Virus record (IMG/VR): IMGVR_UViG_3300045988_103180
DNA length: 64,000 nucleotides
Reading direction: 5' to 3' (one strand)
Source: a virus
Both the position numbers and the translations under genes were made by a program. Shown piece after piece: positions 42,160 through 51,045 of the stretch. The first letter of the stretch is position 1. Each line of letters opens with the position of its first letter. The notes beneath the pieces are model-generated. The model was not told the DNA's origin. It ran no database searches and worked only from the letters and a program-made list of their open reading frames with translations.

Positions 42160-42639
42160 ATGGCTAATCTTTATATTCTTGCAGGTATCCCAGGCTGCGG
42201 CAAGTCGTTTTGGGCGCATGAGCATAGCGCTGAACTTGATGCCAAGATTGTTTCGCGTGATTATATCCGCTTTGAGTATATGGCAAATGACCCTGATTTT
42301 CTTCCTTCTATGGATTACTTTAAGTATGAGAGTGACGTTATTAAGGATTTCTATAGTCAGATTAACGACAATCTTTGCAATGATATTAATGTTATTGCAG
42401 ATGCTACTCATATCTCTTGGAAGTCGCTTCGCAAGACCGTTGAGAATTGCGGCAAGAACGCCGATAAGATTATTCTTGTATACTTCAATCGTGGCCTTGA
42501 CATTGCTTTACCGCAGAATGCTAAGCGCGGAGATGTTGAACATGTACCCGAGGATGTTATCAAGCGCATGTGGGCTGGTCGTTATATGCCTGCTCGCGCT
42601 AAAGCCAAGGGTCTTGTAGGCGAGTATATGATTGTATAG
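42160..42639 (+). CDS. T4 Pnk-like polynucleotide 5'-kinase domain protein (no phosphatase domain)
   Basis: MANLYILAGIPGCGKSFWAHE...VSRDYIR (T4 Pnk IILTIGCPGSGKSTWA..NRDDYR). QNAKRGDVEHVPEDVIKRMW (RNSKRG..VP.DVL). Confidence 0.65.
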   Translation: MANLYILAGIPGCGKSFWAHEHSAELDAKIVSRDYIRFEYMANDPDFLPSMDYFKYESDVIKDFYSQINDNLCNDINVIADATHISWKSLRKTVENCGKNADKIILVYFNRGLDIALPQNAKRGDVEHVPEDVIKRMWAGRYMPARAKAKGLVGEYMIV

Positions 42640-42645
42640 GTGAAT

Positions 42646-42861
42646 ATGAAAAAAGATACCGTATATGTTTTTAAGCAGATTTTAGATGCTATCCAAGAGC
42701 AAGAAATATCTAGTTCATCTATTGGTTTTGAATATTGCGTATATGAAATGCCGCAAAAAGAATGCGAAGATATATGTATAATCTTGCAGAAACTTGGGTA
42801 TAATGCAATTATAGGACATAGACTCGGAAGTGAGTCTACAATTACAGTGATGAAAGAGTAG
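42646..42861 (+). CDS. hypothetical protein
   Basis: 71-aa frame from the ATG at 42646. Confidence 0.4.
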   Translation: MKKDTVYVFKQILDAIQEQEISSSSIGFEYCVYEMPQKECEDICIILQKLGYNAIIGHRLGSESTITVMKE

Positions 42862-42863
42862 AT

Positions 42864-43175
42864 ATGTGTACATTTGATTATCCAGAACATTATAATTATC
42901 TTACAAAAGACCAGCAGGAGAGCGTTCTAAGCTGGTTCAATACCACGAAAGACATTGAGCGCAGTATTATCAGCACTTCTGTAAAGAGCAAGTCTGAACG
43001 TGAGCTAAAGGCTTTCTCTGAGAACCGTGAACGTTATGAGACGCAGCTTCGCGGAGCACAGTCAATTTTGCGTTCAATGGGCGTCTTTGTTGAATACAAT
43101 TGGCCGGGCCATGAGCATGAGTATTTTCTAGCTACTGCGGCAGATGCCGAGCGTTATCGCAAGGAGCATGAATAA
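42864..43175 (+). CDS. hypothetical protein
   Basis: 103-aa ORF. Confidence 0.4.
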   Translation: MCTFDYPEHYNYLTKDQQESVLSWFNTTKDIERSIISTSVKSKSERELKAFSENRERYETQLRGAQSILRSMGVFVEYNWPGHEHEYFLATAADAERYRKEHE

Positions 43176-43369
43176 TGGCCGCATGTATTCATGGAGACGT
43201 ATGCCGTGCATGGATGCGACAGACAGGCAGTATTGCACCATTGCGTGCATCTTGTCCTAATTGTCCTTGGTTTGAGCCTAAGTATCGCCCTTGTGATACT
43301 TGGTTTAATAGAGATTGTATGCGCGATTGGCAAGGTCGCCCAGTCGTAACTTGTCGCGCGATGATTTAG
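43175..43369 (+). CDS. hypothetical Cys-rich protein
   Basis: 64-aa ORF with CIHGDVC...CPNCPW...C. Its start overlaps the upstream stop. Confidence 0.4.
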   Translation: MAACIHGDVCRAWMRQTGSIAPLRASCPNCPWFEPKYRPCDTWFNRDCMRDWQGRPVVTCRAMI

Positions 43370-43380
43370 AAAGGTATTTT

Positions 43381-43656
43381 ATGATTGCTAATGATGCCCG
43401 CACAATGGTATATGATACTCTTTATAAGTATGATTATGACATTCCCCAAGAGTTAGAAGATAAAATCAATGAAGAGATTATTGCTGCGGCAGAGCGTATG
43501 AAGTTTCGTTGTAAGGTCGAGCTTTTCCCCTGTGATGATGAACGAGCGCAGGATGTAGAATTTCGCCGCAGTATTGTTGTGTATTATCATAGTTTAGGTT
43601 ATAATTGTTACGTGACACCTTGTAACGGTCATTTTGTTTTAGTAGTGGAGTGGTAA
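43381..43656 (+). CDS. hypothetical protein
   Basis: The ATG at 43381 sits behind GAAAGG. 91 aa. Confidence 0.4.
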   Translation: MIANDARTMVYDTLYKYDYDIPQELEDKINEEIIAAAERMKFRCKVELFPCDDERAQDVEFRRSIVVYYHSLGYNCYVTPCNGHFVLVVEW

Positions 43657-43658
43657 AT

Positions 43659-43949
43659 ATGTTTTTTGTTATGATGGACTGGTTTGAAGATGGTGTTGAT
43701 TCCTATCGTGGAATGAAGGTAATTCCTATTCTAGATAGTGATGCAGATATTGCACTTTTCCTCGCACATGATATTGCCTACAATATGGACGCTTGGGAAG
43801 AGTATGAGAAGCCGCACGATGTATATGTATTCCATAGTGATAACGGTATCTTCGATGAAGAAGATAACTTTGTATGTTCTTACTTAGATTGCGATAAATT
43901 CACCAAATGCGGCGAACGCAAGTTTAATGGACGAATTCCTAAGTACTAA
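43659..43949 (+). CDS. hypothetical protein
   Basis: 96-aa frame from the ATG at 43659. Confidence 0.4.
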   Translation: MFFVMMDWFEDGVDSYRGMKVIPILDSDADIALFLAHDIAYNMDAWEEYEKPHDVYVFHSDNGIFDEEDNFVCSYLDCDKFTKCGERKFNGRIPKY

Positions 43950-43952
43950 TGG

Positions 43953-43979
43953 TAGGGCTAGAAATAGCCCTATTTTTTT
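43953..43979 (+). terminator. rho-independent terminator
   Basis: TAGGGCTA-gaaa-TAGCCCTA followed by TTTTTTT. Confidence 0.65.
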
Positions 43980-43980
43980 C

Positions 43981-44009
43981 TTGTAGTAAGCCATATAAAA
44001 TGATATAAT
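43981..44009 (+). promoter_or_regulatory. sigma70-type promoter
   Basis: TTGTAG-17-TATAAT. Confidence 0.5.
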
Positions 44010-44041
44010 ATATTTAAGAAATGAAGCAGAAAGGATTTTAT

Positions 44042-44974
44042 ATGGCTTCTGAGTTTGGTTTTCGCCCATGCAAGATTGAAGATTTGAAAGGACAACCAAA
44101 AGTCCAAAAGATGCTGCAAATCTATATTAAGGCGGCACAGATTAAGAAGGAATCTTTCCCGCATACGATTATCACAGGCCAGTCTGGTTGCGGCAAGACC
44201 GCTACGGCTAATGTAATCGCACACGAGCTTGGATATGGGTTTAAGGCTTTCTCTGGCCCTGCGATTAATGATAAGAAGGTAATTGACGAGATTCTTCTTA
44301 ATCTTAAAGAGAATGACGTGCTCTTTATCGACGAAATTCATAGAATTAGCCAAAGATTGCAAGAGTCTCTATATTTTGCAATGGAGCAGTTCCAAGCAGA
44401 TGTTGTAGTGGACGGAGTGGCGACAAGGGTGAGCTTGCCGCATTTTACTCTTATTGCCGCAACTAATCTTTATGGTGGTCTTAACGATGCGCTTTTGAAC
44501 CGTTTCCCTATTCAAATTAAATTAGCCGCATATTCTAAAGCTGATATGGCATCTATCGTAGAGAAGATTTGTCAAGAGAAGAAAATTAAGATTGATGAAG
44601 AGAGTGTCTATAAGATTGCGGCAACTACTCGCGGTATTCCACGCAATGCCAACTCTTATGTAGCCCGTGTATATGATTTTGCATTGGTGATGAATGATGG
44701 TGTAATCAATCCTGAAATTGTTGATGAAGCCCTATATGTGATGGGAATTAATAAGTTTGGTCTTAATCAAGATGATATGGATTATATGAATTTCCTTAAC
44801 AGTAATACTCGTGCTGTAGGTGTGGATACAATTTGTCTTACTCTTGGCATGGATAAAGATACTGTGCAAACAAAGATTGAGCCTTATCTGCTATCCAAGT
44901 GTTATATTCAAAAGCAGCCGCGTGGTCGTGTCATCACCGATTTAGGTCGTGCAATGATGGAAGAGTGTGAATAA
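44042..44974 (+). CDS. RuvB-like AAA+ ATPase
   Basis: FRPCKIEDLKGQPKV, Walker A TGQSGCGKTATA, Walker B/sensor LFIDEIHRIS, TRGIPRNAN. Confidence 0.7.
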   Translation: MASEFGFRPCKIEDLKGQPKVQKMLQIYIKAAQIKKESFPHTIITGQSGCGKTATANVIAHELGYGFKAFSGPAINDKKVIDEILLNLKENDVLFIDEIHRISQRLQESLYFAMEQFQADVVVDGVATRVSLPHFTLIAATNLYGGLNDALLNRFPIQIKLAAYSKADMASIVEKICQEKKIKIDEESVYKIAATTRGIPRNANSYVARVYDFALVMNDGVINPEIVDEALYVMGINKFGLNQDDMDYMNFLNSNTRAVGVDTICLTLGMDKDTVQTKIEPYLLSKCYIQKQPRGRVITDLGRAMMEECE

Positions 44975-45339
44975 TGGACGCAGAAACTATTCAAGAGATT
45001 GCGAATCAACTTGGCATTACAGTTGATGAAGTTACCAAAGAAGCGATTCCCGCTTTTGCTCAATTTGAAATAGGACATAATATTTTCGGAGTTATTATGT
45101 TTGGATGTTTATTTGCGGTAACTTTAGCTTTAACTGTATTTTTTATGAAAAAGGGCATAATTGAAAAAAGAAATGGCGATTTAAATCCAAACTACGATTC
45201 AAGTCTTTATTTTATAATTGGTACTCTCGCTGCACTTTGTGCAACAGTATTTTTTGTTCTTTCGGTTAATGCAATTTCGTCCGTTACTCTTTGGATATAT
45301 TCTCCTTATGGCTCTTTTATTAATTATATCCTTAATTAG
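44974..45339 (+). CDS. hypothetical membrane protein (paralog pair member 1)
   Basis: MDAETIQEIANQLGITVDEVTKEAIPAF followed by 3 hydrophobic segments. Paralogous to ORF 45358. Confidence 0.45.
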   Translation: MDAETIQEIANQLGITVDEVTKEAIPAFAQFEIGHNIFGVIMFGCLFAVTLALTVFFMKKGIIEKRNGDLNPNYDSSLYFIIGTLAALCATVFFVLSVNAISSVTLWIYSPYGSFINYILN

Positions 45340-45357
45340 TTAGAAAGAATGTGAACA

Positions 45358-45750
45358 ATGAATACAGAAGTTATTAAAGAAATTGCAAATCAGCTTGGAA
45401 TCGCTGCAAGCGCTGTTACAAAAGACGTAATTCCAGCATATGCTTCATATGTGATTGCGGTATACGCTAGTAGGGTTATCATCCTTGCTATTCTTGCTAT
45501 TGCTCTTTTGGTTGTAGCTCGATTTTGTATGGCTAAAAGTAAGGAATATTCTGACTGGGAGAAATTACCGTTAACAGAGTATCAAAAAAGCTGTGTAAGG
45601 GATAAATATGAAGCTCTCGAAGTTACAAGTTACGTCTGCTATGGCCTAAGTGCAGTTTTCGTTGGTATTGCGGTTATAGCATTTGCCACCGTTATCCCTT
45701 GGATTTTCTCGCCTTATGGTGCCTTTATAAATCTCCTAATGCCGCATTAA
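45358..45750 (+). CDS. hypothetical membrane protein (paralog pair member 2)
   Basis: MNTEVIKEIANQLGIAASAVTKDVIPAY. Ends ..SPYGAFINLLM, compare ..SPYGSFINYIL in the paralog. Confidence 0.45.
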   Translation: MNTEVIKEIANQLGIAASAVTKDVIPAYASYVIAVYASRVIILAILAIALLVVARFCMAKSKEYSDWEKLPLTEYQKSCVRDKYEALEVTSYVCYGLSAVFVGIAVIAFATVIPWIFSPYGAFINLLMPH

Positions 45751-45757
45751 AAAGTTC

Positions 45758-45786
45758 TTGCGTTTCGTTATATATTATTATATAAT
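45758..45786 (+). promoter_or_regulatory. sigma70-type promoter
   Basis: TTGCGT-17-TATAAT. Confidence 0.5.
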
Positions 45787-45816
45787 ATATATAGACCAAG
45801 AGGGAAAGGAAATTAT

Positions 45817-45966
45817 ATGATTGGCTCTATGGTTCTTTATAAGGCTCTATACGGCGATGTATATGGCGTAGTTGTAGATATTCTTTTCTTCTGCGATAGT
45901 CTTGTTATTGTTGACGAAGATGGCGTATTTCATACTGCCAAGCGTGAAGATGTTTACTATCTCTAA
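45817..45966 (+). CDS. hypothetical 49-aa protein
   Basis: Below the ORF-track cutoff. Leader ACCAAGAGGGAAAGGAAA. Resembles small ORFs 46865 and 49390. Confidence 0.35.
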   Translation: MIGSMVLYKALYGDVYGVVVDILFFCDSLVIVDEDGVFHTAKREDVYYL

Positions 45967-45975
45967 GGAGATTAT

Positions 45976-46194
45976 ATGTGCAAGTATTGTAATTTCAAAA
46001 TGAACACCCGCTGGGGCGAGAGCGTTGACTGTACTGATTATGATAATGCCGATTCTGATGTTGGTATGTATATTCATTATTCGGATACAGATAAAGCCTA
46101 CTATCTCATGGGTGAGTATTACGATAAAGGCATTGATAAGCTCGGTTGGTCGCATGAGATTCAGTATTGTCCTTTCTGTGGTCGCAAGCTCTAA
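45976..46194 (+). CDS. hypothetical zinc-ribbon protein (paralog of 50807)
   Basis: MCKYC...CPFCGRKL. Same termini as ORF 50807. Confidence 0.5.
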   Translation: MCKYCNFKMNTRWGESVDCTDYDNADSDVGMYIHYSDTDKAYYLMGEYYDKGIDKLGWSHEIQYCPFCGRKL

Positions 46195-46203
46195 GGAGAT
46201 TTA

Positions 46204-46530
46204 ATGAATTGCAACCTTATATCTAACATTTTGTCGGCTTTGGATACCATCGCATATAATGAGGGTTGGCTGATTGGTGAGTATAACGGCGAAACGCGCA
46301 GCACTTTTTACTATCGTGGTATCAAGTTCACAGTGGTAGGTCGTAAACAAGTACCTGTCTATTTCGATATTTATTGTGAATATCAAAATGGAAAGGATGT
46401 GACCTATAGCAAGATTGGCCGCACATATCTAGGTGAGAAGGGCGTGATGGGAGAAAGTCCAGTGCAGAACTTCGCAGTTATGCTCTTCTGTGATATGGTA
46501 AAGGAATCAAAAATCCTTACTATTTTCTAG
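46204..46530 (+). CDS. hypothetical protein
   Basis: 108-aa ORF behind AAGGAG. Confidence 0.45.
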   Translation: MNCNLISNILSALDTIAYNEGWLIGEYNGETRSTFYYRGIKFTVVGRKQVPVYFDIYCEYQNGKDVTYSKIGRTYLGEKGVMGESPVQNFAVMLFCDMVKESKILTIF

Positions 46531-46559
46531 TTGACCTACGTTCTTTGATATTATATAAT
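46531..46559 (+). promoter_or_regulatory. sigma70-type promoter
   Basis: TTGACC-17-TATAAT. Confidence 0.55.
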
Positions 46560-46593
46560 ATTATTAAAGAAAGCCAAGAGAAAGAAGAAAGAT

Positions 46594-46872
46594 ATGCGTT
46601 ACATTGTCGAATGTGAACTTAATCGTTTTCAAGCATGGTCTGGCGGCAAGACTTGGTTGGAAGAGTTGATTAACCATCCAAAGGCTTACGATTATATCGT
46701 TGACCTGATTGAACTCAAAGATTTGTGTTATGACGGCGAGCTTAGTACTGAGACTGAAATTAACGATTACCTTTGGTTCTATATGCAGCAAGATTTGCGG
46801 GAAGCAGGCTTTCTGAATGAGAACGATGAATGGATTGAGAACACGGACGAGGAAGAGGACAAAGATGCTTAA
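46594..46872 (+). CDS. hypothetical acidic protein
   Basis: 92-aa ORF behind the leader GCCAAGAGAAAGAAG. Confidence 0.45.
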   Translation: MRYIVECELNRFQAWSGGKTWLEELINHPKAYDYIVDLIELKDLCYDGELSTETEINDYLWFYMQQDLREAGFLNENDEWIENTDEEEDKDA

Positions 46873-47026
46873 GCTGTCTGTTGGAGATTATGTCACCTAT
46901 ACTGCTCCCGCTGGTATTGTAAGTGTCGTTAAGATTCTGCACTTCAATAGTAACGGAACAGTCCTTGTCAAGTATCTAAATGGCTCTACCGTTTACGTAC
47001 CAGAGAACAAGTTGTCTCTATATTAA
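46865..47026 (+). CDS. hypothetical small protein
   Basis: The ATG at 46865 overlaps the upstream stop. 53 aa. Confidence 0.35.
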   Translation: MLKLSVGDYVTYTAPAGIVSVVKILHFNSNGTVLVKYLNGSTVYVPENKLSLY

Positions 47027-47030
47027 TTGT

Positions 47031-47060
47031 AAACAGGGGCGCAAGCCCCTGTTTTTGTTT
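47031..47060 (+). terminator. rho-independent terminator
   Basis: AAACAGGGGC-gcaa-GCCCCTGTTT followed by TTGTTTT. Confidence 0.65.
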
Positions 47061-47078
47061 TCCAAGAGAGGAAAGAAA

Positions 47079-47414
47079 ATGAAGAGCGCCAAGGTTTTGT
47101 TTGATACCATTTATGGCAAATGTAGCAATGGCGATATGTATAGTTGGAAAGCATGTAAGCCCAAAGAGCATGATAATGTGGTATCATTTGATGTACGGCA
47201 AAAGGTAGACAATCAGCTTCTTTGCTCTTGCGCCATAAGTTGTTTTGAAGAGTATACATATTATAGTCATGATTATCCTATTGGTCGTGTACACTTCTTG
47301 TTTTATGATGGCTGTGATGCATTAGAGCTAAATGTGTCAGATTATAAATGTGAAGTGGGCAGTATCTATATGAATGATATTATCGACATGGCAATTAAGA
47401 TGCTTTACCGATAA
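47079..47414 (+). CDS. hypothetical protein
   Basis: The ATG at 47079 follows CCAAGAGAGGAAAGAAA. 111 aa. Confidence 0.45.
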   Translation: MKSAKVLFDTIYGKCSNGDMYSWKACKPKEHDNVVSFDVRQKVDNQLLCSCAISCFEEYTYYSHDYPIGRVHFLFYDGCDALELNVSDYKCEVGSIYMNDIIDMAIKMLYR

Positions 47415-47422
47415 TTTTATAC

Positions 47423-47451
47423 TTGCGGCCAGTCTTATATTATTATATAAT
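47423..47451 (+). promoter_or_regulatory. sigma70-type promoter
   Basis: TTGCGG-17-TATAAT. Confidence 0.5.
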
Positions 47452-47483
47452 ATATATAAAGAAAGACAATGAAGGGATAAAAC

Positions 47484-47792
47484 ATGACCCAGAGCAGCAA
47501 GAAGTTTAAGCAGATTATCAACCGGGCTTTCGCTAACGTCAACCATGTAATGCAGATGTGCCACAAAGATGTGGCAATCGCAAGCATGGACGAGCAGACT
47601 TATACTTATTCTTTTGGCGATAAGCATGTGACCGTCACAGCTTGTGTTGCCTGCGATGATTTTGAGTATGTACCGCGATTTACTGTTGCAAAACTCGGCA
47701 GTGATTATGTTAAGGATATAAACGTATATAGTGCGAATTATATGGAAGGTGCGTGTATTTACGCCACTATTTGTGATATGTTTGGAGTGTAA
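47484..47792 (+). CDS. hypothetical protein
   Basis: 102-aa ORF. Confidence 0.45.
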   Translation: MTQSSKKFKQIINRAFANVNHVMQMCHKDVAIASMDEQTYTYSFGDKHVTVTACVACDDFEYVPRFTVAKLGSDYVKDINVYSANYMEGACIYATICDMFGV

Positions 47793-47793
47793 G

Positions 47794-48132
47794 ATGAACA
47801 AGTTTATGAATCAGCTTATCCACGATTTTATGTATAAGAATGTTGCCAAGTATTCTTGGCATATCCTTAATATCGTCAAGAAGCAAGAAGATAATCTATA
47901 TGTCCGTGTAGCTTCTGGCCTTTCATATAAGACTGCTGGTTGTAACATTCATATCTATCCTAATGGTGGTAGCTTGGACGATAGCGATTCTGCTGCTTAT
48001 AATTTTGTACTATGTTTTCAAGACGGTGAAGGAGATAGTGCAGGAACTTGTGTAGGAGTTCTAGAAAAAGTAGCGGATGCCGCGCATGTTCTTGACTGTC
48101 TATTGGCCGCGAACGATTTTGATAAGGATTAG
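47794..48132 (+). CDS. hypothetical protein
   Basis: The ATG at 47794 sits behind GGAGTG. 112 aa. Confidence 0.45.
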   Translation: MNKFMNQLIHDFMYKNVAKYSWHILNIVKKQEDNLYVRVASGLSYKTAGCNIHIYPNGGSLDDSDSAAYNFVLCFQDGEGDSAGTCVGVLEKVADAAHVLDCLLAANDFDKD

Positions 48133-48134
48133 CA

Positions 48135-48542
48135 ATGAGTTATTATCTGACCGATGAAATTGTCAAGAGTTTGACTGAATATGCTGCTAAGATTGAACAG
48201 GCATATCACGAACGTCCTCTTTGTCATTTTGATTGGAAGCCCGCACGTATTTCTGTAGACAAAGTTAATCCAAGCAAGGTACTTTTCGATATGGTCTGGC
48301 TTGATGATGAATCGCTTAAAGGATGTGTATCTGTTGATGACTTGGTGCTTTGTACTGGTTCTAATTTAGATATGCAACATAAGTTAGTTTTTTCTATTTG
48401 GGAGCATGATAACCATCGTATTAACGGTGATTCAACGGCTAAATTTGTTATTCCGTATCATGGCGGCAATGACTGGGACTCTATTGGTCAATATGTCTAT
48501 GGTTTTGTAGATGAAGTTGATACTTTAATGTGTTGTTATTAG
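48135..48542 (+). CDS. hypothetical protein
   Basis: 135-aa ORF. Confidence 0.45.
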   Translation: MSYYLTDEIVKSLTEYAAKIEQAYHERPLCHFDWKPARISVDKVNPSKVLFDMVWLDDESLKGCVSVDDLVLCTGSNLDMQHKLVFSIWEHDNHRINGDSTAKFVIPYHGGNDWDSIGQYVYGFVDEVDTLMCCY

Positions 48543-48549
48543 GAGAGCT

Positions 48550-48933
48550 ATGAATGATTCAAATGCTTTAAATATTCTAGAGAAAATCTACAATGCTATT
48601 AAAAAACATAGTCTTGATAGGACTCAATGTTGGACGGTTGGTCATGTAAAGTTTTACAAAAATCGTCTTATTTCGTATTGTACTTTTGATATTCTTGCCA
48701 GCTATAACCAAGAATCTTTTGGTCAGTGTAGCATCACTCTAGTCAATACAGAAACTTCTTTTGATTGTTTGACTGTTTCATTTAAGGCATATAAGGAAAG
48801 TGTCTATGGAGCTGGCAACGTGTATCCTAAAGTTACTTTGCCACTAAGTCGATATGAAGTCACTGACGATGTTTTGGGACGTTATTTTTATCGTTTGATA
48901 CATAATTTATATGCTTTGGCTGTTTTTTATTAG
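48550..48933 (+). CDS. hypothetical protein (tandem paralog 1 of 2)
   Basis: IYNAIKKHSLDRTQCWTVGHVKFYKN...VTLPLSRYEVTDDVLGRYFY. Paralogous to the next ORF. Confidence 0.45.
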   Translation: MNDSNALNILEKIYNAIKKHSLDRTQCWTVGHVKFYKNRLISYCTFDILASYNQESFGQCSITLVNTETSFDCLTVSFKAYKESVYGAGNVYPKVTLPLSRYEVTDDVLGRYFYRLIHNLYALAVFY

Positions 48934-48943
48934 GAGAAAAAGC

Positions 48944-49309
48944 GTGAATATTTTTAAAGAAATCTACAATGCCTTAAAAGTCTATTGTTTTAATACAAAC
49001 AGCGCGTGTTGGGAAGTTGGCGTTATTAAGTTTTATAAAGATGAAGCTGATAATTTTGATACGTCCTGCTCTTTTGAAATTATGTCTAAATATGACAAAG
49101 AACCATTGGGATATTGTAGTATTTTTTTGACTACAAAACCAATGGAAGGCAGCCTTGTTGTTGTATTTAATACTTATAAAGTAAACACGAATGATGTTGT
49201 ATATCCAAGTATTACTTTGCCGCCAAGTCGTTGTGAGTATGATAATGATATACTTGGACATTATTTTTATCTTTTAGTTGACCAGCTATATCATATGACT
49301 GTTTTTTAA
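48944..49309 (+). CDS. hypothetical protein (tandem paralog 2 of 2)
   Basis: GTG start behind AGGAG. IYNALKVYCFNTNSACWEVGVIKFYKD...ITLPPSRCEYDNDILGHYFY. Confidence 0.45.
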   Translation: MNIFKEIYNALKVYCFNTNSACWEVGVIKFYKDEADNFDTSCSFEIMSKYDKEPLGYCSIFLTTKPMEGSLVVVFNTYKVNTNDVVYPSITLPPSRCEYDNDILGHYFYLLVDQLYHMTVF

Positions 49310-49330
49310 ACCGCACGCTTAAAATTTTTC

Positions 49331-49359
49331 TTGCAGATGGTGAAATAATAGTATATAAT
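49331..49359 (+). promoter_or_regulatory. sigma70-type promoter
   Basis: TTGCAG-17-TATAAT. Confidence 0.5.
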
Positions 49360-49389
49360 ATAAGTATACCAAGAGGGAAAGGAAAGTAT

Positions 49390-49548
49390 ATGAAGCGCAA
49401 TGATTACGTACAATATCTTAACCCCTATACTCGCAAGTTCATTATCTGCCAGATTGAAGAGATTTATGGCGATGGTCATGTTCTTCTATATGCGGTTGAT
49501 ACGAACGAAGCGTTTCTGGTCAACACTTGGGAACTTTTGTCTTATTAA
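49390..49548 (+). CDS. hypothetical 52-aa protein
   Basis: Below the ORF-track cutoff. Leader ACCAAGAGGGAAAGGAAAG. Confidence 0.35.
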   Translation: MKRNDYVQYLNPYTRKFIICQIEEIYGDGHVLLYAVDTNEAFLVNTWELLSY

Positions 49549-49558
49549 GGAATATTTT

Positions 49559-49816
49559 ATGATTTCACCCTATGAAGTTAAAGATAGACAGCATAATCAA
49601 AGTTATAATGACCCCTTTGAGCTTAAAATTGATAAAGGACTAACATATAGCTCTGGGACCGATTCTTGTAGTGTAAGTTTTGTCTTTTCAGAAGTTTCTG
49701 CTGACAAGATGAAAACTTTAACAAAATATATAGACAATGGTTATAAAGTTACTATGAAGCCGCGTTTTTATAATGGCGAAACAAAAATCTATATTACTAT
49801 TGTTTATAAGTTTTAA
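49559..49816 (+). CDS. hypothetical protein (tandem triplet member 1)
   Basis: MISPYEVKDRQHNQSY... Shares its N-terminus and YxDxGY core with the next two ORFs. Confidence 0.45.
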   Translation: MISPYEVKDRQHNQSYNDPFELKIDKGLTYSSGTDSCSVSFVFSEVSADKMKTLTKYIDNGYKVTMKPRFYNGETKIYITIVYKF

Positions 49817-49845
49817 CAAATAATTTTTCTATTAAGGAGTCAACA

Positions 49846-50127
49846 ATGATTACACCAAACGAAGTAAAAAGAAAGTCTATTCAAAACTCCGACCCTGAGA
49901 ATTATTCTCATACTCTTGAAGTGAGGATTGATGACGCTCTTAGGTATGACCCATGCAAGAATCGTGTGCATTGTGACCTTGCTCTTAGTTGTCTTACCAC
50001 TTACAGCATTAATACTCTTTTTAAATATATTGACGCTGGATATGATGTTATGATTAGCAATGAATCTAATGAGAATAATGATATAACATTGACTATTTAT
50101 CACTATTTCAATAATAGGGATAATTAA
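49846..50127 (+). CDS. hypothetical protein (tandem triplet member 2)
   Basis: MITPNEVKRKSIQNSDP...RIDDALRYDP...KYIDAGYDV. Confidence 0.45.
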   Translation: MITPNEVKRKSIQNSDPENYSHTLEVRIDDALRYDPCKNRVHCDLALSCLTTYSINTLFKYIDAGYDVMISNESNENNDITLTIYHYFNNRDN

Positions 50128-50399
50128 TGATTCAGCCTTTGGAGTTTAAACGCGAGTATCTTCATAATAATCCGCACTCAGAGATAGATGTTGGTCTTGA
50201 AACCATGATTGATGCGGCTCTCAAATATGACCCTTTCAGCAATGTCACTTATTGTACTTTATTTCGTCCTGCCTTGAATGGTTGTGATATGAAAGTCCTT
50301 GCCAAGTATGCTGAAGCTGGATATAGCATTGCAATTCAAACTGCGCATCATTGTGATGATACCGATGATGTAGAAGTGACCGTTTGTTATTATTACTAG
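50127..50399 (+). CDS. hypothetical protein (tandem triplet member 3)
   Basis: MIQPLEFKREYLHNNP...MIDAALKYDP...KYAEAGYSI. Confidence 0.45.
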   Translation: MIQPLEFKREYLHNNPHSEIDVGLETMIDAALKYDPFSNVTYCTLFRPALNGCDMKVLAKYAEAGYSIAIQTAHHCDDTDDVEVTVCYYY

Positions 50400-50406
50400 A
50401 GGCAAT

Positions 50407-50730
50407 ATGAATATTTTGACCAATTGTGAAACCAATGTCTTTTTTAAATTTTTCCTTAAAAAGACAATTTTTATGCCGTCGACTCAGTTTCAGTGGTGTT
50501 CAGTCTACGAAGGTTGCGACAAACGCACTGTCAAAGACATTAATAAAGCGATTGATTTATTAAATAAATATCATTTTTTCGCATATTGTCGCATTAGGCC
50601 CACAAGACCCTTTTGGGAACGTTGTAGTGTTATGGTCGTTGTGTGCGTTCCAGCAGACCGTGCAAAGTGGTGGCAAGATTGCGGTCAAGTACTTTATCAA
50701 CGGTTATTCTATCCTATTATTCGTCATTAG
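50407..50730 (+). CDS. hypothetical protein
   Basis: 107-aa ORF, start uncertain. Confidence 0.35.
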   Translation: MNILTNCETNVFFKFFLKKTIFMPSTQFQWCSVYEGCDKRTVKDINKAIDLLNKYHFFAYCRIRPTRPFWERCSVMVVVCVPADRAKWWQDCGQVLYQRLFYPIIRH

Positions 50731-50743
50731 TCTAAAAAAGTTC

Positions 50744-50772
50744 TTGCATCTTGCCTGAAATTGTTATATAAT
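50744..50772 (+). promoter_or_regulatory. sigma70-type promoter
   Basis: TTGCAT-17-TATAAT. Confidence 0.5.
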
Positions 50773-50806
50773 ATAATTAAAGAAACCAAGAGAAAGAAGT
50801 TCTTCT

Positions 50807-51019
50807 ATGTGCAAGTATTGTGAGTACCCTGCCGGTGTTCGATTTGGCGCAAACATGCTTGATGATGAATATTCTGAGGGCGAGGGCTATTCTATCACCA
50901 TTTGCGATGTTTACAAAAATCCGCAACGCAAATTCATTTGCATTGAGGACGAAGATGGCGAATCGGCTGCTAGCTCGATTGATATTAACTTTTGCCCCAT
51001 CTGCGGTAGAAAACTGTAA
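50807..51019 (+). CDS. hypothetical zinc-ribbon protein (paralog of 45976)
   Basis: MCKYC...CPICGRKL. Confidence 0.5.
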   Translation: MCKYCEYPAGVRFGANMLDDEYSEGEGYSITICDVYKNPQRKFICIEDEDGESAASSIDINFCPICGRKL

Positions 51020-51045
51020 CAGACCAATAGAGTAGAAAAAAATAC

